Below the pieces are notes generated by a model, which made no database searches, was not told the origin of the DNA, and worked only from the letters and a program-made list of their open reading frames with translations. Both the position numbers and the translations under genes were made by a program. A stretch of DNA of 64,000 nucleotides from an uncultured Bacillota bacterium. GTDB taxonomy: Bacteria > Bacillota > Dehalobacteriia > UBA7702. The stretch spans positions 7,038 to 71,037 of the forward strand of contig CADBQN010000016.1 of assembly GCA_902796855.1 (NCBI GenBank). Direction: 5' to 3'. Numbering within the stretch: position 1 is the stretch's first letter; the number at the start of each line of letters is the position of its first letter. Positions 30,001 through 39,494 of this stretch are shown here, in pieces.

Positions 30001-31041
30001 TTGAACACCATTGTACTGACAGGGCGCGAAACGATCGCCGCGGAAGAGCGGCCGATGCCTTCTCCCGGTCCCGGCGAGATGGTCATTGCCGTTGTGTACT
30101 GCGGCATCTGCCGCACGGACAGAAAATGCTACCGGCAGGGGCAGCGTGATCTTCATCTGCCCCGGGTCCTCGGTCATGAATTCAGCGGTGTTATCGCCGC
30201 CGTCGGCGAAGGCGTCGCGGAGGAACGTATCGGCGAGCGCGTGACTGTCCATCCCGGGATCGCCTGCGCCGAGTGCGCTCATTGCCGGTCGGGGAACGAT
30301 CAGTGCTGCCGCGAGATGAAAATCCTCGGCTTCCATCTGGACGGCGGTTTTTCCCGTTACTGCCTGATACCGGCGGACGGCGTAAAGAACGGTATCGTGC
30401 GCCCCGTTCCGGATCATGTCCCGCTGCGGCACGCCGCGATGTGCGAGCCTCTGGGCTGCGTCGTTCATATGATTCGGCAGATGGATCCGAAAAACACGGA
30501 TTCCGCTTTGATTTTAGGCGGCGGCGTCCTCGGTTTTATGATGGCGATGCTGCTGCGTCATTACGGCGTGAGACATATCGTGATTTCCGAGCCGAATGAA
30601 AAAAAGAGAAAACTGCTGCGCCGCCGTGATTACATCGCGTGCCTGCCGGAAAAAAATCCCGAGCTCATGGAAGATATCGGCGTCAGCGGCTTTGACGCCG
30701 CCATTCCCTGCGCTCCTTATTCCGAATGTTTCGCACAGGCGGTCAACAGCCTGAAAAACGACGGTTTTTTCGGCTTTTTCAGCGGCCTGATCGATGGCGG
30801 CGCAATCACGGCAAAAGTACTGAACCAAATTCATTATAAAGAACTCTCCGTCAAAGGAGTCTACGGATGCGGAACGCGCGACACGGCGGAAGCCCTGCGG
30901 CTGATGGCGGACGGCTTTGATCTTTCCGCACTTCCCGTCACGACGGTCGGGCTGGGCGAAGCGGAAAACGTGCTGAAACAAACCGAAACGGAAAACGCCT
31001 TTTTGACGATGATTGAATATGAAGGAGGAAACGCGAAATGA
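30001..31041 (+). CDS. Zn-dependent medium-chain alcohol dehydrogenase (threonine/sorbitol dehydrogenase-like)
   Basis: TTG start 7 nt after AAGGAGGG; 'GHEFSGV' and 'CGICRTD' structural-Zn Cys cluster (CAECAHC), GxGxxG 'LGGGVLG'. Confidence 0.8.
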   Translation: MNTIVLTGRETIAAEERPMPSPGPGEMVIAVVYCGICRTDRKCYRQGQRDLHLPRVLGHEFSGVIAAVGEGVAEERIGERVTVHPGIACAECAHCRSGNDQCCREMKILGFHLDGGFSRYCLIPADGVKNGIVRPVPDHVPLRHAAMCEPLGCVVHMIRQMDPKNTDSALILGGGVLGFMMAMLLRHYGVRHIVISEPNEKKRKLLRRRDYIACLPEKNPELMEDIGVSGFDAAIPCAPYSECFAQAVNSLKNDGFFGFFSGLIDGGAITAKVLNQIHYKELSVKGVYGCGTRDTAEALRLMADGFDLSALPVTTVGLGEAENVLKQTETENAFLTMIEYEGGNAK

Positions 31042-32081
31042 TGAACATCGGACACGCCGTCAACGACCTGATTGCCGGCAAAGATCTTTCTTTCAGCGAT
31101 ACGGAAGCGATCTTCCGTCAGATTATACAGAATGAGGAGTCCGCCATGGATCAGGGCGCTTTTCTCGCCGCCATCACGGCGAAAGGGGCCGTGCCCGAAG
31201 AGATCGCGGCGATTTGGAAAGTCATTGACGAAACGGATACAAATAAAGTGACCATCAGAACGGAGCGGCCATTGGCGGAAAACAGCGGCACCGGTATGGA
31301 CGCTTTTAAGACCTTTAATATCAGTACCGCCGCGGCGGTCGCGGCATCATCCGCCGGAGCGGCGGTGGCGCGCCACGGTTCCAGAGGGATCACTTCCAAA
31401 TGCGGCACCGTTGATGTGGCGGAAGCCCTTGGCGTGCGGACGGAACTGAGCGTGGAAAAAGTAGCGAAATCCGTTGAAACCTGCGGTATCGGTCTGTTTA
31501 ACGGGATGAGCCCGCTGGTCCACCCGGCGGGCCTCGGCCGGATTTTAAGTCAGATCCACTTCGGAACCGTGCTGAACATCGCCGCGTCTTTGGCGAACCC
31601 CTGCGCTCCCGTTTACGGTCTGCGCGGCGTCAATGATCCCGCGATCATCCGCTCCACGGCGGAGATCATGCGTCAGATCGGTTACCGCCGCGTCTTCGTT
31701 CTCCACGGTTATCTCGGTGAAGATAACTTGGGGATTGACGAGGCAACCACGCTGGGCAGGACGATCTATACGGAAATCGACGCGGAGGGGAACGTGACGG
31801 AGGGAGCGTTCTATCCCGAGGATCTTGGCTTAAAACGCGGCAAAAAAGAAGAGATTGCGGCGCTGGGCGACGCCGTTAGGGAGGCGGCAAGACTCAGGGA
31901 GATCCTCAATGGGAGAGGGGGCGCGTCGGCCCGGGATATCGTTGCGCTGAACGGCGGACTGATCCTCTATCTGACGGGACTTGCCGGGACGATCCAAAAA
32001 GGAATCGACCTCGCCCGGGAACAGCTTGAAACGGGCAAAGCCGGGGAAAAACTGAACGAATGGGTCGCGGCTCAGAGCTAA
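31038..32081 (+). CDS. Glycosyltransferase family 3 / anthranilate phosphoribosyltransferase (TrpD)-like protein
   Basis: 'GTGMDAFKTFNISTAAAVAASSAGAAVARHGSRGITSKCGTVDVAEALG' matches the TrpD 'GTGGD...NISTA...A.AG..V.KHGNR' core; overlaps ADH stop (ATGA). Confidence 0.7.
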   Translation: MMNIGHAVNDLIAGKDLSFSDTEAIFRQIIQNEESAMDQGAFLAAITAKGAVPEEIAAIWKVIDETDTNKVTIRTERPLAENSGTGMDAFKTFNISTAAAVAASSAGAAVARHGSRGITSKCGTVDVAEALGVRTELSVEKVAKSVETCGIGLFNGMSPLVHPAGLGRILSQIHFGTVLNIAASLANPCAPVYGLRGVNDPAIIRSTAEIMRQIGYRRVFVLHGYLGEDNLGIDEATTLGRTIYTEIDAEGNVTEGAFYPEDLGLKRGKKEEIAALGDAVREAARLREILNGRGGASARDIVALNGGLILYLTGLAGTIQKGIDLAREQLETGKAGEKLNEWVAAQS

Positions 32082-32097
32082 AAAGGGGGATTGGGAA

Positions 32098-32286
32098 ATG
32101 ATTTTATATGCAGTAAAAACAAACGGAAAATATCTGCGTCGGCGGCCCGACGGAACCGTTGATATCGTCACCTTGGAGAAAGCCTCGGTCTACCCGGATA
32201 TCAATAAAGCGGCGGACGCGAAAGAACTGTTTGGAGGCGGAAAGATCGTCAAACTTGTTTTTACGGAAGAGGAGGCCGAATCATAA
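32098..32286 (+). CDS. Small hypothetical protein (62 aa)
   Basis: AAAAGGGGGA RBS; followed by hairpins 32295-32310 and 32322-32352. Confidence 0.4.
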   Translation: MILYAVKTNGKYLRRRPDGTVDIVTLEKASVYPDINKAADAKELFGGGKIVKLVFTEEEAES

Positions 32287-32353
32287 AGAATCCCCGCGCC
32301 GCGGGGAATGGAAAAAGAGAGAATCCCGAGGAAACATCCTCGGGATTCTGTTT

Positions 32354-32427
32354 GGCAGGGGAGGCTGGATTCGAACCAGCGAGTCACGGACCCAGAAACC
32401 GTTGCCTTGCCGCTTGGCCACACCCCT
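32354..32427 (-). tRNA. tRNA-Gln (anticodon CTG)
   Basis: Reverse complement GGGGTGTGGCCAAGCGGCAAGGCAACGGTTTCTGGGTCCGTGACTCGCTGGTTCGAATCCAGCCTCCCCTGCCA aligns with bacterial tRNA-Gln(CUG); T-loop GGTTCGAATCC; terminator hairpin 32322-32352 downstream. Confidence 0.8.
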
Positions 32428-32446
32428 ATATATTTTTCTCTGTTCT

Positions 32447-32524
32447 GGTCGGGACGACAGGATTTGAACCTGCGGCCTCCTGATCCCAAATCAGGTGCGC
32501 TACCAAACTGCGCTACGTCCCGCT
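32447..32524 (-). tRNA. tRNA-Pro (anticodon TGG)
   Basis: Reverse complement GCGGGACGTAGCGCAGTTTGGTAGCGCACCTGATTTGGGATCAGGAGGCCGCAGGTTCAAATCCTGTCGTCCCGACCA; anticodon stem CCTGA/TCAGG, loop TTTGGGA. Confidence 0.85.
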
Positions 32525-32783
32525 GTCCCGTGAAAAATAGTATATCAAACGCCATTCCCTTTGTCAAGCGGTTTTTTTATAGAAAACGATGTTTTCAACT
32601 TTTTTGACAGAAATGTGTAATTGAATCCGGCGAAAAATTGCGTTATAATGTAATAGAAAAATTGGGTGCAAACGATGCAGTTATTGACTTTTCGTATTTT
32701 ACGATGGTCAAAACGCATCGGAACAATCTCATTTTTCGACGAAAATTTTACGTGATTTTTTCACGATTTTAGAAAAAAATTCC

Positions 32784-32803
32784 TGTTTAACAGAAGTTAA
32801 CAA
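32784..32803 (+). promoter_or_regulatory. Imperfect inverted repeat TGTTTAAC-AGAA-GTTAACAA in the acs leader (candidate Rex-like operator)
   Basis: Resembles the TTGTTAA-N4-TTAACAA Rex box; about 140 bp upstream of cooC start in a 380-bp AT-rich leader. Confidence 0.25.
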
Positions 32804-32945
32804 CAAAACAAACAGAACACAATAAATTTTACTATATAATTTTTCGTTTGAAATTTATAATAAGGATAACTGGTTATTGCGGATTGCCGCCGTCAGCGTT
32901 CAAAATATTCCGACAGCGTGTGATCTAAAGGGAGGAATTATCCGT

Positions 32946-33713
32946 ATGAAATTTGCCGTTTCCGGAAAAGGCGGCGTCGGAAAAACGACGTTATCCGCGA
33001 ATCTGGCCTTTCAGATGAGAGACAAAGGCTATCAGGTCTTTGCCATCGACGCCGATCCCGATTTGAGCCTCGGCACCGTTCTCGGTCTCAGCGAGGAAGA
33101 AGTTGAAAAACTTCAGCCCATCGTCGAGATGCGCGATCTCATCGTTGAGAGAACCCAGGGCGACGGCGCCATGTATGTACTTAATCCCGAAGTCGACGAT
33201 GTCTGGGAAGATTATTCCATCGACGTCAACGGCATTCGGTTTTTGAAAATGGGAGCCGTAAAAAAAAGAGGCTGCTATTGTCTGGAAAACACGTTTCTTA
33301 ACTCGCTGATCAACTCCATTGTCATCAAGACGAAGGAAGCCGTCCTCCTCGATATGGGGGCGGGGATCGAACATCTGACCCGCGGCACTTCCCGCGGCGT
33401 CGACTGCCTGATTATCGTCGTGGAACCTTCCGTTGTCAGCACCGACACGGCAAAGGTGACGAAAATGCTGGCCGAGGAAATCGGCATCAAAAACATTTAT
33501 TACGTGGGCAACAAGATCCGCAGCGAAAAAGAAATCGAGTTCCTGAAAACGAGAGTTCCCGCCGAGAACATTCTCGGCTGCATATCCTACAGCGACTACC
33601 TTCTCGACCTCGCCATGGGCGTGGAAGAGGAAGACAGTGAAGCGAAAGCGAAGTTCGACGGTGAAATCGCCGCCATCTTAAAGAGCATCGAGGATCGCCA
33701 CGGCGACGCCTGA
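32946..33713 (+). CDS. cooC: CODH nickel-insertion accessory ATPase CooC
   Basis: 'MKFAVSGKGGVGKTT' deviant Walker A of CooC/MinD family; GGGAGG RBS; first gene of the acs cluster. Confidence 0.85.
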   Translation: MKFAVSGKGGVGKTTLSANLAFQMRDKGYQVFAIDADPDLSLGTVLGLSEEEVEKLQPIVEMRDLIVERTQGDGAMYVLNPEVDDVWEDYSIDVNGIRFLKMGAVKKRGCYCLENTFLNSLINSIVIKTKEAVLLDMGAGIEHLTRGTSRGVDCLIIVVEPSVVSTDTAKVTKMLAEEIGIKNIYYVGNKIRSEKEIEFLKTRVPAENILGCISYSDYLLDLAMGVEEEDSEAKAKFDGEIAAILKSIEDRHGDA

Positions 33714-33798
33714 CGAGCACTTAAAACGGGGATCGCCCCGCTGAATTGAGGTTACAATGTTAAAAATTAAATAAATATATTTACCAAGGAGGTAAACC

Positions 33799-35826
33799 AT
33801 GCCTAGATTCAGAGATACGGAACTGTCATTATCACCTTCAGTACCTCGTAAGGAACGGGTAAAAGATCCTAAGAACATCATGCGTTCTGTGGATCCCGCC
33901 GCATTGGAAATGCTGGCACACTACAAAGACAGCGGCATCATCACCGGTTACGACCGTTATGTCGCTCAGCAGCCGCAGTGCGCATTCGGTTACGAAGGCG
34001 TCTGCTGCAAAATTTGCATCCAGGGTCCCTGCCGTGTGAAGGGAATGGAAGGCGCGAAGAGCAAGGGCGTTTGCGGCGCTCACGATTACACCATCGTTGC
34101 CCGCAACATCTCCCGTCTTGCCGCCGGCGGTGCTTCCGCCCACTCCGACCATGGTCGTGAAATCGTTTACACCCTGCTTGCCGCCGCCAGAGGCGAAACC
34201 GGTGACTTCAAAGTCAAAGACGAAGAAAAACTCCGCCGCGTTGCCGCCAACGTCGGTATCAGCGCCGAAGGCAAAGACGTCAACGCTCTCGCCGAAGAAG
34301 TCGCTCTTGCCGCTCTGAATGACTTCGGGAACATCACTTCCGAACCCTGCCGCTGGCTCACTTCTTATCTGACCGACGGCAGAAAGAAGAAATTCGAAGA
34401 CTGCAACATCGCCCCGACCTCCATTGACCGCGCTGTTGTCAACCTGCTCCACTCCACCCACATGGGTGTTGACGCTGATCCCGTCAACATTATCTTTACA
34501 GGTCTGAGAGCCGGCCTCGCCGACTACACCGGGATGCACATCTCCACCGATATCTCCGATATCGTTCTCGGTACTCCCGAACCCTGCGTCTCCGAAGCGA
34601 ACCTCGGTGTTTTGAAACCGAAAAAAGTTAATATCATTCTCCATGGTCACAACCCCATGCTCAGCCAGACTCTGGTTGACATCGGTCCCGAAATGGAAGA
34701 TGAAGCCAAAGCCGCCGGCGCCGAAGGCATCCAGTTCTCCGGTATCTGCTGCACCGGCAACGAAGTTCTCATGCGCTCCGGCGTTCCCATCGCCACCAAC
34801 TTCTCTTCTCAGGAACTCGCTATCATGACCGGCGTCGCCGACCTGATGATCGTTGACGTTCAGTGCATCATGCCCTCCATCCGTGCCGTTGCCGAATGCT
34901 TCAACACGAAGATCGTCACCACGATGAGCAACTCCAAGATCCCCGGTTCCGAACATATTGCTTTTGACGAAAAACACGCCGTCGAAAGCGCCAGAACCGT
35001 CATCCGCATGGCCATCGATTCCTTCAAACAGAGACAGGGCAAAGAATACTTTGTTCCCGATGTGAAGAGCAAAGTTATTGCCGGTTTCAGTGTTGAATCC
35101 ATCATGAACCTCTTCAGCAAGATTAACGCCGACGTTCCGATGCAGGCTCTCATCGATGAAATCGAAGCCGGCCGCATCAAAGGTGTCGCGTTCTTCTGCG
35201 GCTGCAACAACCTCGAATCCGTTCATGACCAGAACCATCTCGAAATCGTTAAAGGCCTGCTGAAAGAAAACGTTTTCGTTATCACTACCGGCTGCTCCGC
35301 TCAGGCGATGGCCAAAGCCGGCATTATGGATCCCGCTCATGTTGACGAACTCTGCGGTGAAAACCTTGCCGCGTTCCTCCATAAACTGGAAGAACTCAAC
35401 AAAGACACTCTGACCGACGGTCTTCCTTCCGCGTTCCATGTAGGCTCCTGCGTTGACTGCTCCCGCGCTCATGACTTCCTGACCCTGATGGCCAAGACCA
35501 TGGGTGTCGATACTCCTAAAGTTCCTTATGTCGCCACTGCCCCCGAAGCAATGAGCGAAAAAGCCATCTCCATCGGCTGCGGTTTCGTCGCTGACGGCGT
35601 TCCGACCCATGTCGGCACCATGCCTCCGATCGAAGGTTCCGCCTGCGTTTACGATATCGCCTGCAGAATCGCGTCCGACGTTTACGGCGGCTACTTCATC
35701 TTTGAAACCGATTATGCGAAAGCCACCGAAAAACTCCTCGCCGCTCTCGAATATCGTACTTGGAAGATGGGTGTCCACAAAGCTGTCGCTGAAAAATTCG
35801 ACGCTCCGTTGACTCAGAACTATTAA
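33799..35826 (+). CDS. acsA: Anaerobic carbon monoxide dehydrogenase catalytic subunit (CooS/AcsA)
   Basis: N-terminal Cys clusters 'CAFGYEGVCCKICIQGPCRV...GVCGA' (B- and D-cluster ligands), 675 aa, AAGGAGG RBS. Confidence 0.95.
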   Translation: MPRFRDTELSLSPSVPRKERVKDPKNIMRSVDPAALEMLAHYKDSGIITGYDRYVAQQPQCAFGYEGVCCKICIQGPCRVKGMEGAKSKGVCGAHDYTIVARNISRLAAGGASAHSDHGREIVYTLLAAARGETGDFKVKDEEKLRRVAANVGISAEGKDVNALAEEVALAALNDFGNITSEPCRWLTSYLTDGRKKKFEDCNIAPTSIDRAVVNLLHSTHMGVDADPVNIIFTGLRAGLADYTGMHISTDISDIVLGTPEPCVSEANLGVLKPKKVNIILHGHNPMLSQTLVDIGPEMEDEAKAAGAEGIQFSGICCTGNEVLMRSGVPIATNFSSQELAIMTGVADLMIVDVQCIMPSIRAVAECFNTKIVTTMSNSKIPGSEHIAFDEKHAVESARTVIRMAIDSFKQRQGKEYFVPDVKSKVIAGFSVESIMNLFSKINADVPMQALIDEIEAGRIKGVAFFCGCNNLESVHDQNHLEIVKGLLKENVFVITTGCSAQAMAKAGIMDPAHVDELCGENLAAFLHKLEELNKDTLTDGLPSAFHVGSCVDCSRAHDFLTLMAKTMGVDTPKVPYVATAPEAMSEKAISIGCGFVADGVPTHVGTMPPIEGSACVYDIACRIASDVYGGYFIFETDYAKATEKLLAALEYRTWKMGVHKAVAEKFDAPLTQNY

Positions 35827-35852
35827 TAAAAAGGACGAAAGGAGGATATACA

Positions 35853-38036
35853 ATGTCTTTTGAAGAAATCTATAATGGTGCTGTTGAAGAAGGTAAAGAA
35901 CCTAAGAGACTTTTTAAACAGGCTCAGGAAGGTGCCATCATCGCCACCAGTTATGCTGAAATCCTGTTGACACAGGCGATCAAAAAATATGGTGCGGAAA
36001 CAGAACTCCACTATCCCGACACTGCGTATTATCTCCCCGTTATCAGTGCTCTCAGCGGTGAAAAAGTCGAAACTCTCGGCCAGCTGCCTGCGATCCTGAA
36101 CAAAAAACGGGCTCAGATTTTTGAACCCCTCACGTTTGAAAATGCTCGTCTCGCCGGTGAATCCACTCTGTTCGCCGCCGAAATCATCGAAGCATTGAAA
36201 TACATCGAAACCGACAAACCCTACGAAGAACCGTGGCTCGGCTTCATCGGTGACCCCGTTGTCCGTAAATACGGGATCAAAATGGTTGACTGGACCATCC
36301 CCGGCGAAGCGATCATCCTCGGCCGTGCCAAAGACTCCAAATCCGCCGCGAAAATCGTCGCGAAACTGATGGGCCAGGGCATGATGCTGTTCCTCAGCGA
36401 CGAAGTCTGCGAACAGCTCCTCGAAGAAAACGTCAAACTCGGTCTCGACTACATCGCTTATCCTCTCGGCAACTTCACTCAGGTTGTTCATGCCGCCAAC
36501 TACGCGCTCCGCGCCGGTATGATGTTCGGTAACATTCCTCTCGGTGAAACCGAAAACCAGAGAGATTACCAGAGAAGAAGAATCATGGCCTTCGGTATTC
36601 ACCTCGGTGAAAGAGACGAAGTTAAGACCGCCGCTGAATTCGGCTGCATCTATCTCGGCTTCCCCATCGTTACCGACCAGGTTCTCGCTGAAGACGAAGA
36701 ACTCAACGACTGGTACGTTTCCGAACCCGATTACGATAAGATCGTCGGTCTCGCCATGGAAATCCGTGGGGTCAAACTGACCAACATCGAAATCGATATC
36801 CCCATCAACCAGGGTCCCGCCTTTGAAGGTGAAACCATCCGTAAAGGCGATATGTACTATGAAATGGGGAACAACAAGTCCGAAGCGTTCGAACTCGTCC
36901 GCATGGTTGACGCCGATCATATTGAAGACGGCAAAATCACCGTTGTCGGCCCCGAAACCAACGAATTCAACGAAGGCGACAAAGTGCCCATCGGTATCGT
37001 CGTTGACATCTATGGCCGCAAAATGCAGGAAGACTTCGAAGGTGTTCTCGAACGCCGTGTTCACTACTTCATCAACTATGGTGAAGGTCTCTGGCATGTT
37101 AACCAGCGTGATACCGTTTGGATGCGTGTCAGCAAAGACGCCATCGCCAAAGGCTTCCGCTTCCATGACTATGGCGAAATCCTCATTGCCAAATACAAAC
37201 AGGAATATTCCGCCATCGTCGACCGCGTACAGGTTACCATCTACACCGACGCGGAAGAAGTTTCCAAAATGCACAAAGTCGCGAAAGAAGTTTACACCGC
37301 TCGCGATAACCGCCTGAAAGAACTGAGAGACGAAAAAGTCGATACGTTCTACAGCTGCCTGCTCTGTCAGTCCTTCGCTCCGAACCATGTCTGCATCCTG
37401 ACTCCCGAACATGTCGGTCTCTGCGGTGCTGTTTCCTGGCTCGACGCGAAAGCCGCCTATGAAATCGACCCCAACGGCGCCAACCAGCCTGTTGAAAAGG
37501 GCGAACCCATCGACGAAGAAAAAGGCCAGTGGCAGACATGCAACGATTACTTCTATAAAGAATCGCACCAGAACCTCGAAATCGTTAACCTCTATACAAT
37601 GATGGAATTCCCCGCTTCCTCCTGCGGTTGCTTCGAAGCCATCATGGCGGTTATCTTCGAATGCAACGGTATCGCGATCGCGACCCGTAACCATACCGGC
37701 ATGACGCCCAGTGGTATGACCTTCTCCACCTTGGCCGGTTCCTGCGGCGGTGGTGTTCAGACCCCCGGCTTCCTCGGTATTGGCCGCGCTTATCTCACTT
37801 CCGGTAAATTCATCCCCGCCGACGGCGGCCGCGCCAGAATCGTCTGGATGCCTACCGAATTGAAAGAAGAAATCCGTGATGAATTTAACGCCGCTTGTGA
37901 AGCTGATGGTCTTGGGCCCAACTTCATCGACAAGATCGCTGACGAAACCGTCGGTGAATCTGCCGAAGAAATTCTTCCCTGGCTGGAAGAACAGGGTCAT
38001 CCCGCTCTCACCATGCCCGACATCATGGGTGAATAA
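35853..38036 (+). CDS. acsB: Acetyl-CoA synthase (ACS) catalytic subunit, CODH/ACS complex
   Basis: 727 aa; A-cluster motifs 'CLLCQSFAPNHVC' and 'SCGCFE'; AAAGGAGG RBS. Confidence 0.95.
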   Translation: MSFEEIYNGAVEEGKEPKRLFKQAQEGAIIATSYAEILLTQAIKKYGAETELHYPDTAYYLPVISALSGEKVETLGQLPAILNKKRAQIFEPLTFENARLAGESTLFAAEIIEALKYIETDKPYEEPWLGFIGDPVVRKYGIKMVDWTIPGEAIILGRAKDSKSAAKIVAKLMGQGMMLFLSDEVCEQLLEENVKLGLDYIAYPLGNFTQVVHAANYALRAGMMFGNIPLGETENQRDYQRRRIMAFGIHLGERDEVKTAAEFGCIYLGFPIVTDQVLAEDEELNDWYVSEPDYDKIVGLAMEIRGVKLTNIEIDIPINQGPAFEGETIRKGDMYYEMGNNKSEAFELVRMVDADHIEDGKITVVGPETNEFNEGDKVPIGIVVDIYGRKMQEDFEGVLERRVHYFINYGEGLWHVNQRDTVWMRVSKDAIAKGFRFHDYGEILIAKYKQEYSAIVDRVQVTIYTDAEEVSKMHKVAKEVYTARDNRLKELRDEKVDTFYSCLLCQSFAPNHVCILTPEHVGLCGAVSWLDAKAAYEIDPNGANQPVEKGEPIDEEKGQWQTCNDYFYKESHQNLEIVNLYTMMEFPASSCGCFEAIMAVIFECNGIAIATRNHTGMTPSGMTFSTLAGSCGGGVQTPGFLGIGRAYLTSGKFIPADGGRARIVWMPTELKEEIRDEFNAACEADGLGPNFIDKIADETVGESAEEILPWLEEQGHPALTMPDIMGE

Positions 38037-38137
38037 TCCGCGCGTAATAACAATTTAGTTCCCAGCTCAGACGGGTGCTTAACAGCACTCGTCTGAGTAA
38101 TGATAATCAACAATTTTTGAAAGGAGTTGTGTATAGA

Positions 38138-39463
38138 ATGGGATTAACAGGTTTGGCTATTTTTAAGCAGCTGCCTAAGAAGAACTGTAAAGAATGCGGT
38201 GTTGCAACTTGCATGGCATTCGCGATGGCTCTGGCGGCCGGGAAAGCGTCTTTGGATGCTTGCCCCTACGTAACGGATGAAGCGAAGGAAGCTTTGGATT
38301 CCGCCGCTGCTCCTCCGATCAAGACGGTTAAAGTTGGTGTTGGTGAAAAAGAAGTCGTTTTGGGTGATGAAACTGTTCTGTTCCGTCATGACAAGACTTT
38401 CTTCCATCCCACCGGCCTCGGCTTCCTCGTTGATGACAATGACGCCGAACTCGACGCTAAGATCGACAACATCGACGGTCTGCAGTTTGACCGCGTCGGT
38501 CAGCATTATGTTGTTGAATTCGTAACCCTCAACAACGCTTCCGGTGATGCCGCCGCTTTCGCCGCCGCCGCTGAAAAAGCCGCCGCGAAAAAAGCCGTTA
38601 TTTTGAAAGCTGATGATCCCGCTGTCCTGAGCGCCGCTCTCGACAAGATCGCCGCTGAAAAACCCCTCATTTACGCCGCTACCGCCGATAACTACGAAGC
38701 TATCACGGAAGTCGCCAAAAAATACGAAGTTCCCATGGCCGTTTACGCTGAAGGTCTCGATGCTCTCGAAGATCTCGTCAACAAAATCGTTGCTCTCGGC
38801 TACAAAGAACTCGTGATCGATCCCGGCAGCAGACAGACCGCGCAGGTTCTTGCTGACATGACTCAGATCCGTCGTCTTGCCGTTAAAAAGACCTTCCGTC
38901 CCTTTGGCTATCCCACCATCACCTTCACTTCCGAAGAAGATGCTCTTGACGAAGCCATCCAGGCCGTTGCCTATGTTGCCAAATACTGCAGCATCGTCGT
39001 GATGAAGAACGCGATCAAAGGTTATGTACTGCCGATCCTTTCCTGGAGACAGAACGTATTTACCGATCCTCAGAAACCGGTCGCCGTTGAACCGAAACTT
39101 ATGGAAATCGGTGCCGTTACTCCGGATTCTCCTTTATACATTACGACCAACTTCTCTCTCTCCTACTACAGCGTAGAAGGCGAAGTCGAAGCCAGCCGTA
39201 TTCCTTCCTACATTATCCCCATCGATACCGATGGTACTTCCGTCCTGACCTCTTGGGCTGCCGGTAAATTCGGCGGTGAACAAATCGCTGCCGCGATGAA
39301 AGCCAACGACATGGATTCCAAGCTCAACCACAAAGACGTTATCATCCCCGGTTTCGTTGCCGTTATCGCTGCGAAATTGAAAGATGAAACCGGCTGGAAC
39401 GTTATCGTCGGGCCGAAAGAAGCTTCCGGTATCTCCGGTTTTGCGAAAGCCAACTTTGCTTAA
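38138..39463 (+). CDS. acsC: Corrinoid iron-sulfur protein large subunit (CFeSP gamma)
   Basis: 'MGLTGLAIFKQLPKKNCKECGVATCMAFAMALAAGKASLDACPY' 4Fe-4S N-terminal motif; ATG after AAAGGAG preferred over upstream ORF-track start. Confidence 0.9.
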   Translation: MGLTGLAIFKQLPKKNCKECGVATCMAFAMALAAGKASLDACPYVTDEAKEALDSAAAPPIKTVKVGVGEKEVVLGDETVLFRHDKTFFHPTGLGFLVDDNDAELDAKIDNIDGLQFDRVGQHYVVEFVTLNNASGDAAAFAAAAEKAAAKKAVILKADDPAVLSAALDKIAAEKPLIYAATADNYEAITEVAKKYEVPMAVYAEGLDALEDLVNKIVALGYKELVIDPGSRQTAQVLADMTQIRRLAVKKTFRPFGYPTITFTSEEDALDEAIQAVAYVAKYCSIVVMKNAIKGYVLPILSWRQNVFTDPQKPVAVEPKLMEIGAVTPDSPLYITTNFSLSYYSVEGEVEASRIPSYIIPIDTDGTSVLTSWAAGKFGGEQIAAAMKANDMDSKLNHKDVIIPGFVAVIAAKLKDETGWNVIVGPKEASGISGFAKANFA

Positions 39464-39494
39464 TAGCCTAATTATTTAAGACAGGTGATATTAC

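Noticed and set aside
32295-32310. Palindrome CCCCGCGCCGCGGGG after the small 62-aa ORF as a terminator
   Set aside because: It has no T-run. The adjacent hairpin at 32322-32352 with T-rich flank is the better terminator (for the minus-strand tRNA operon).
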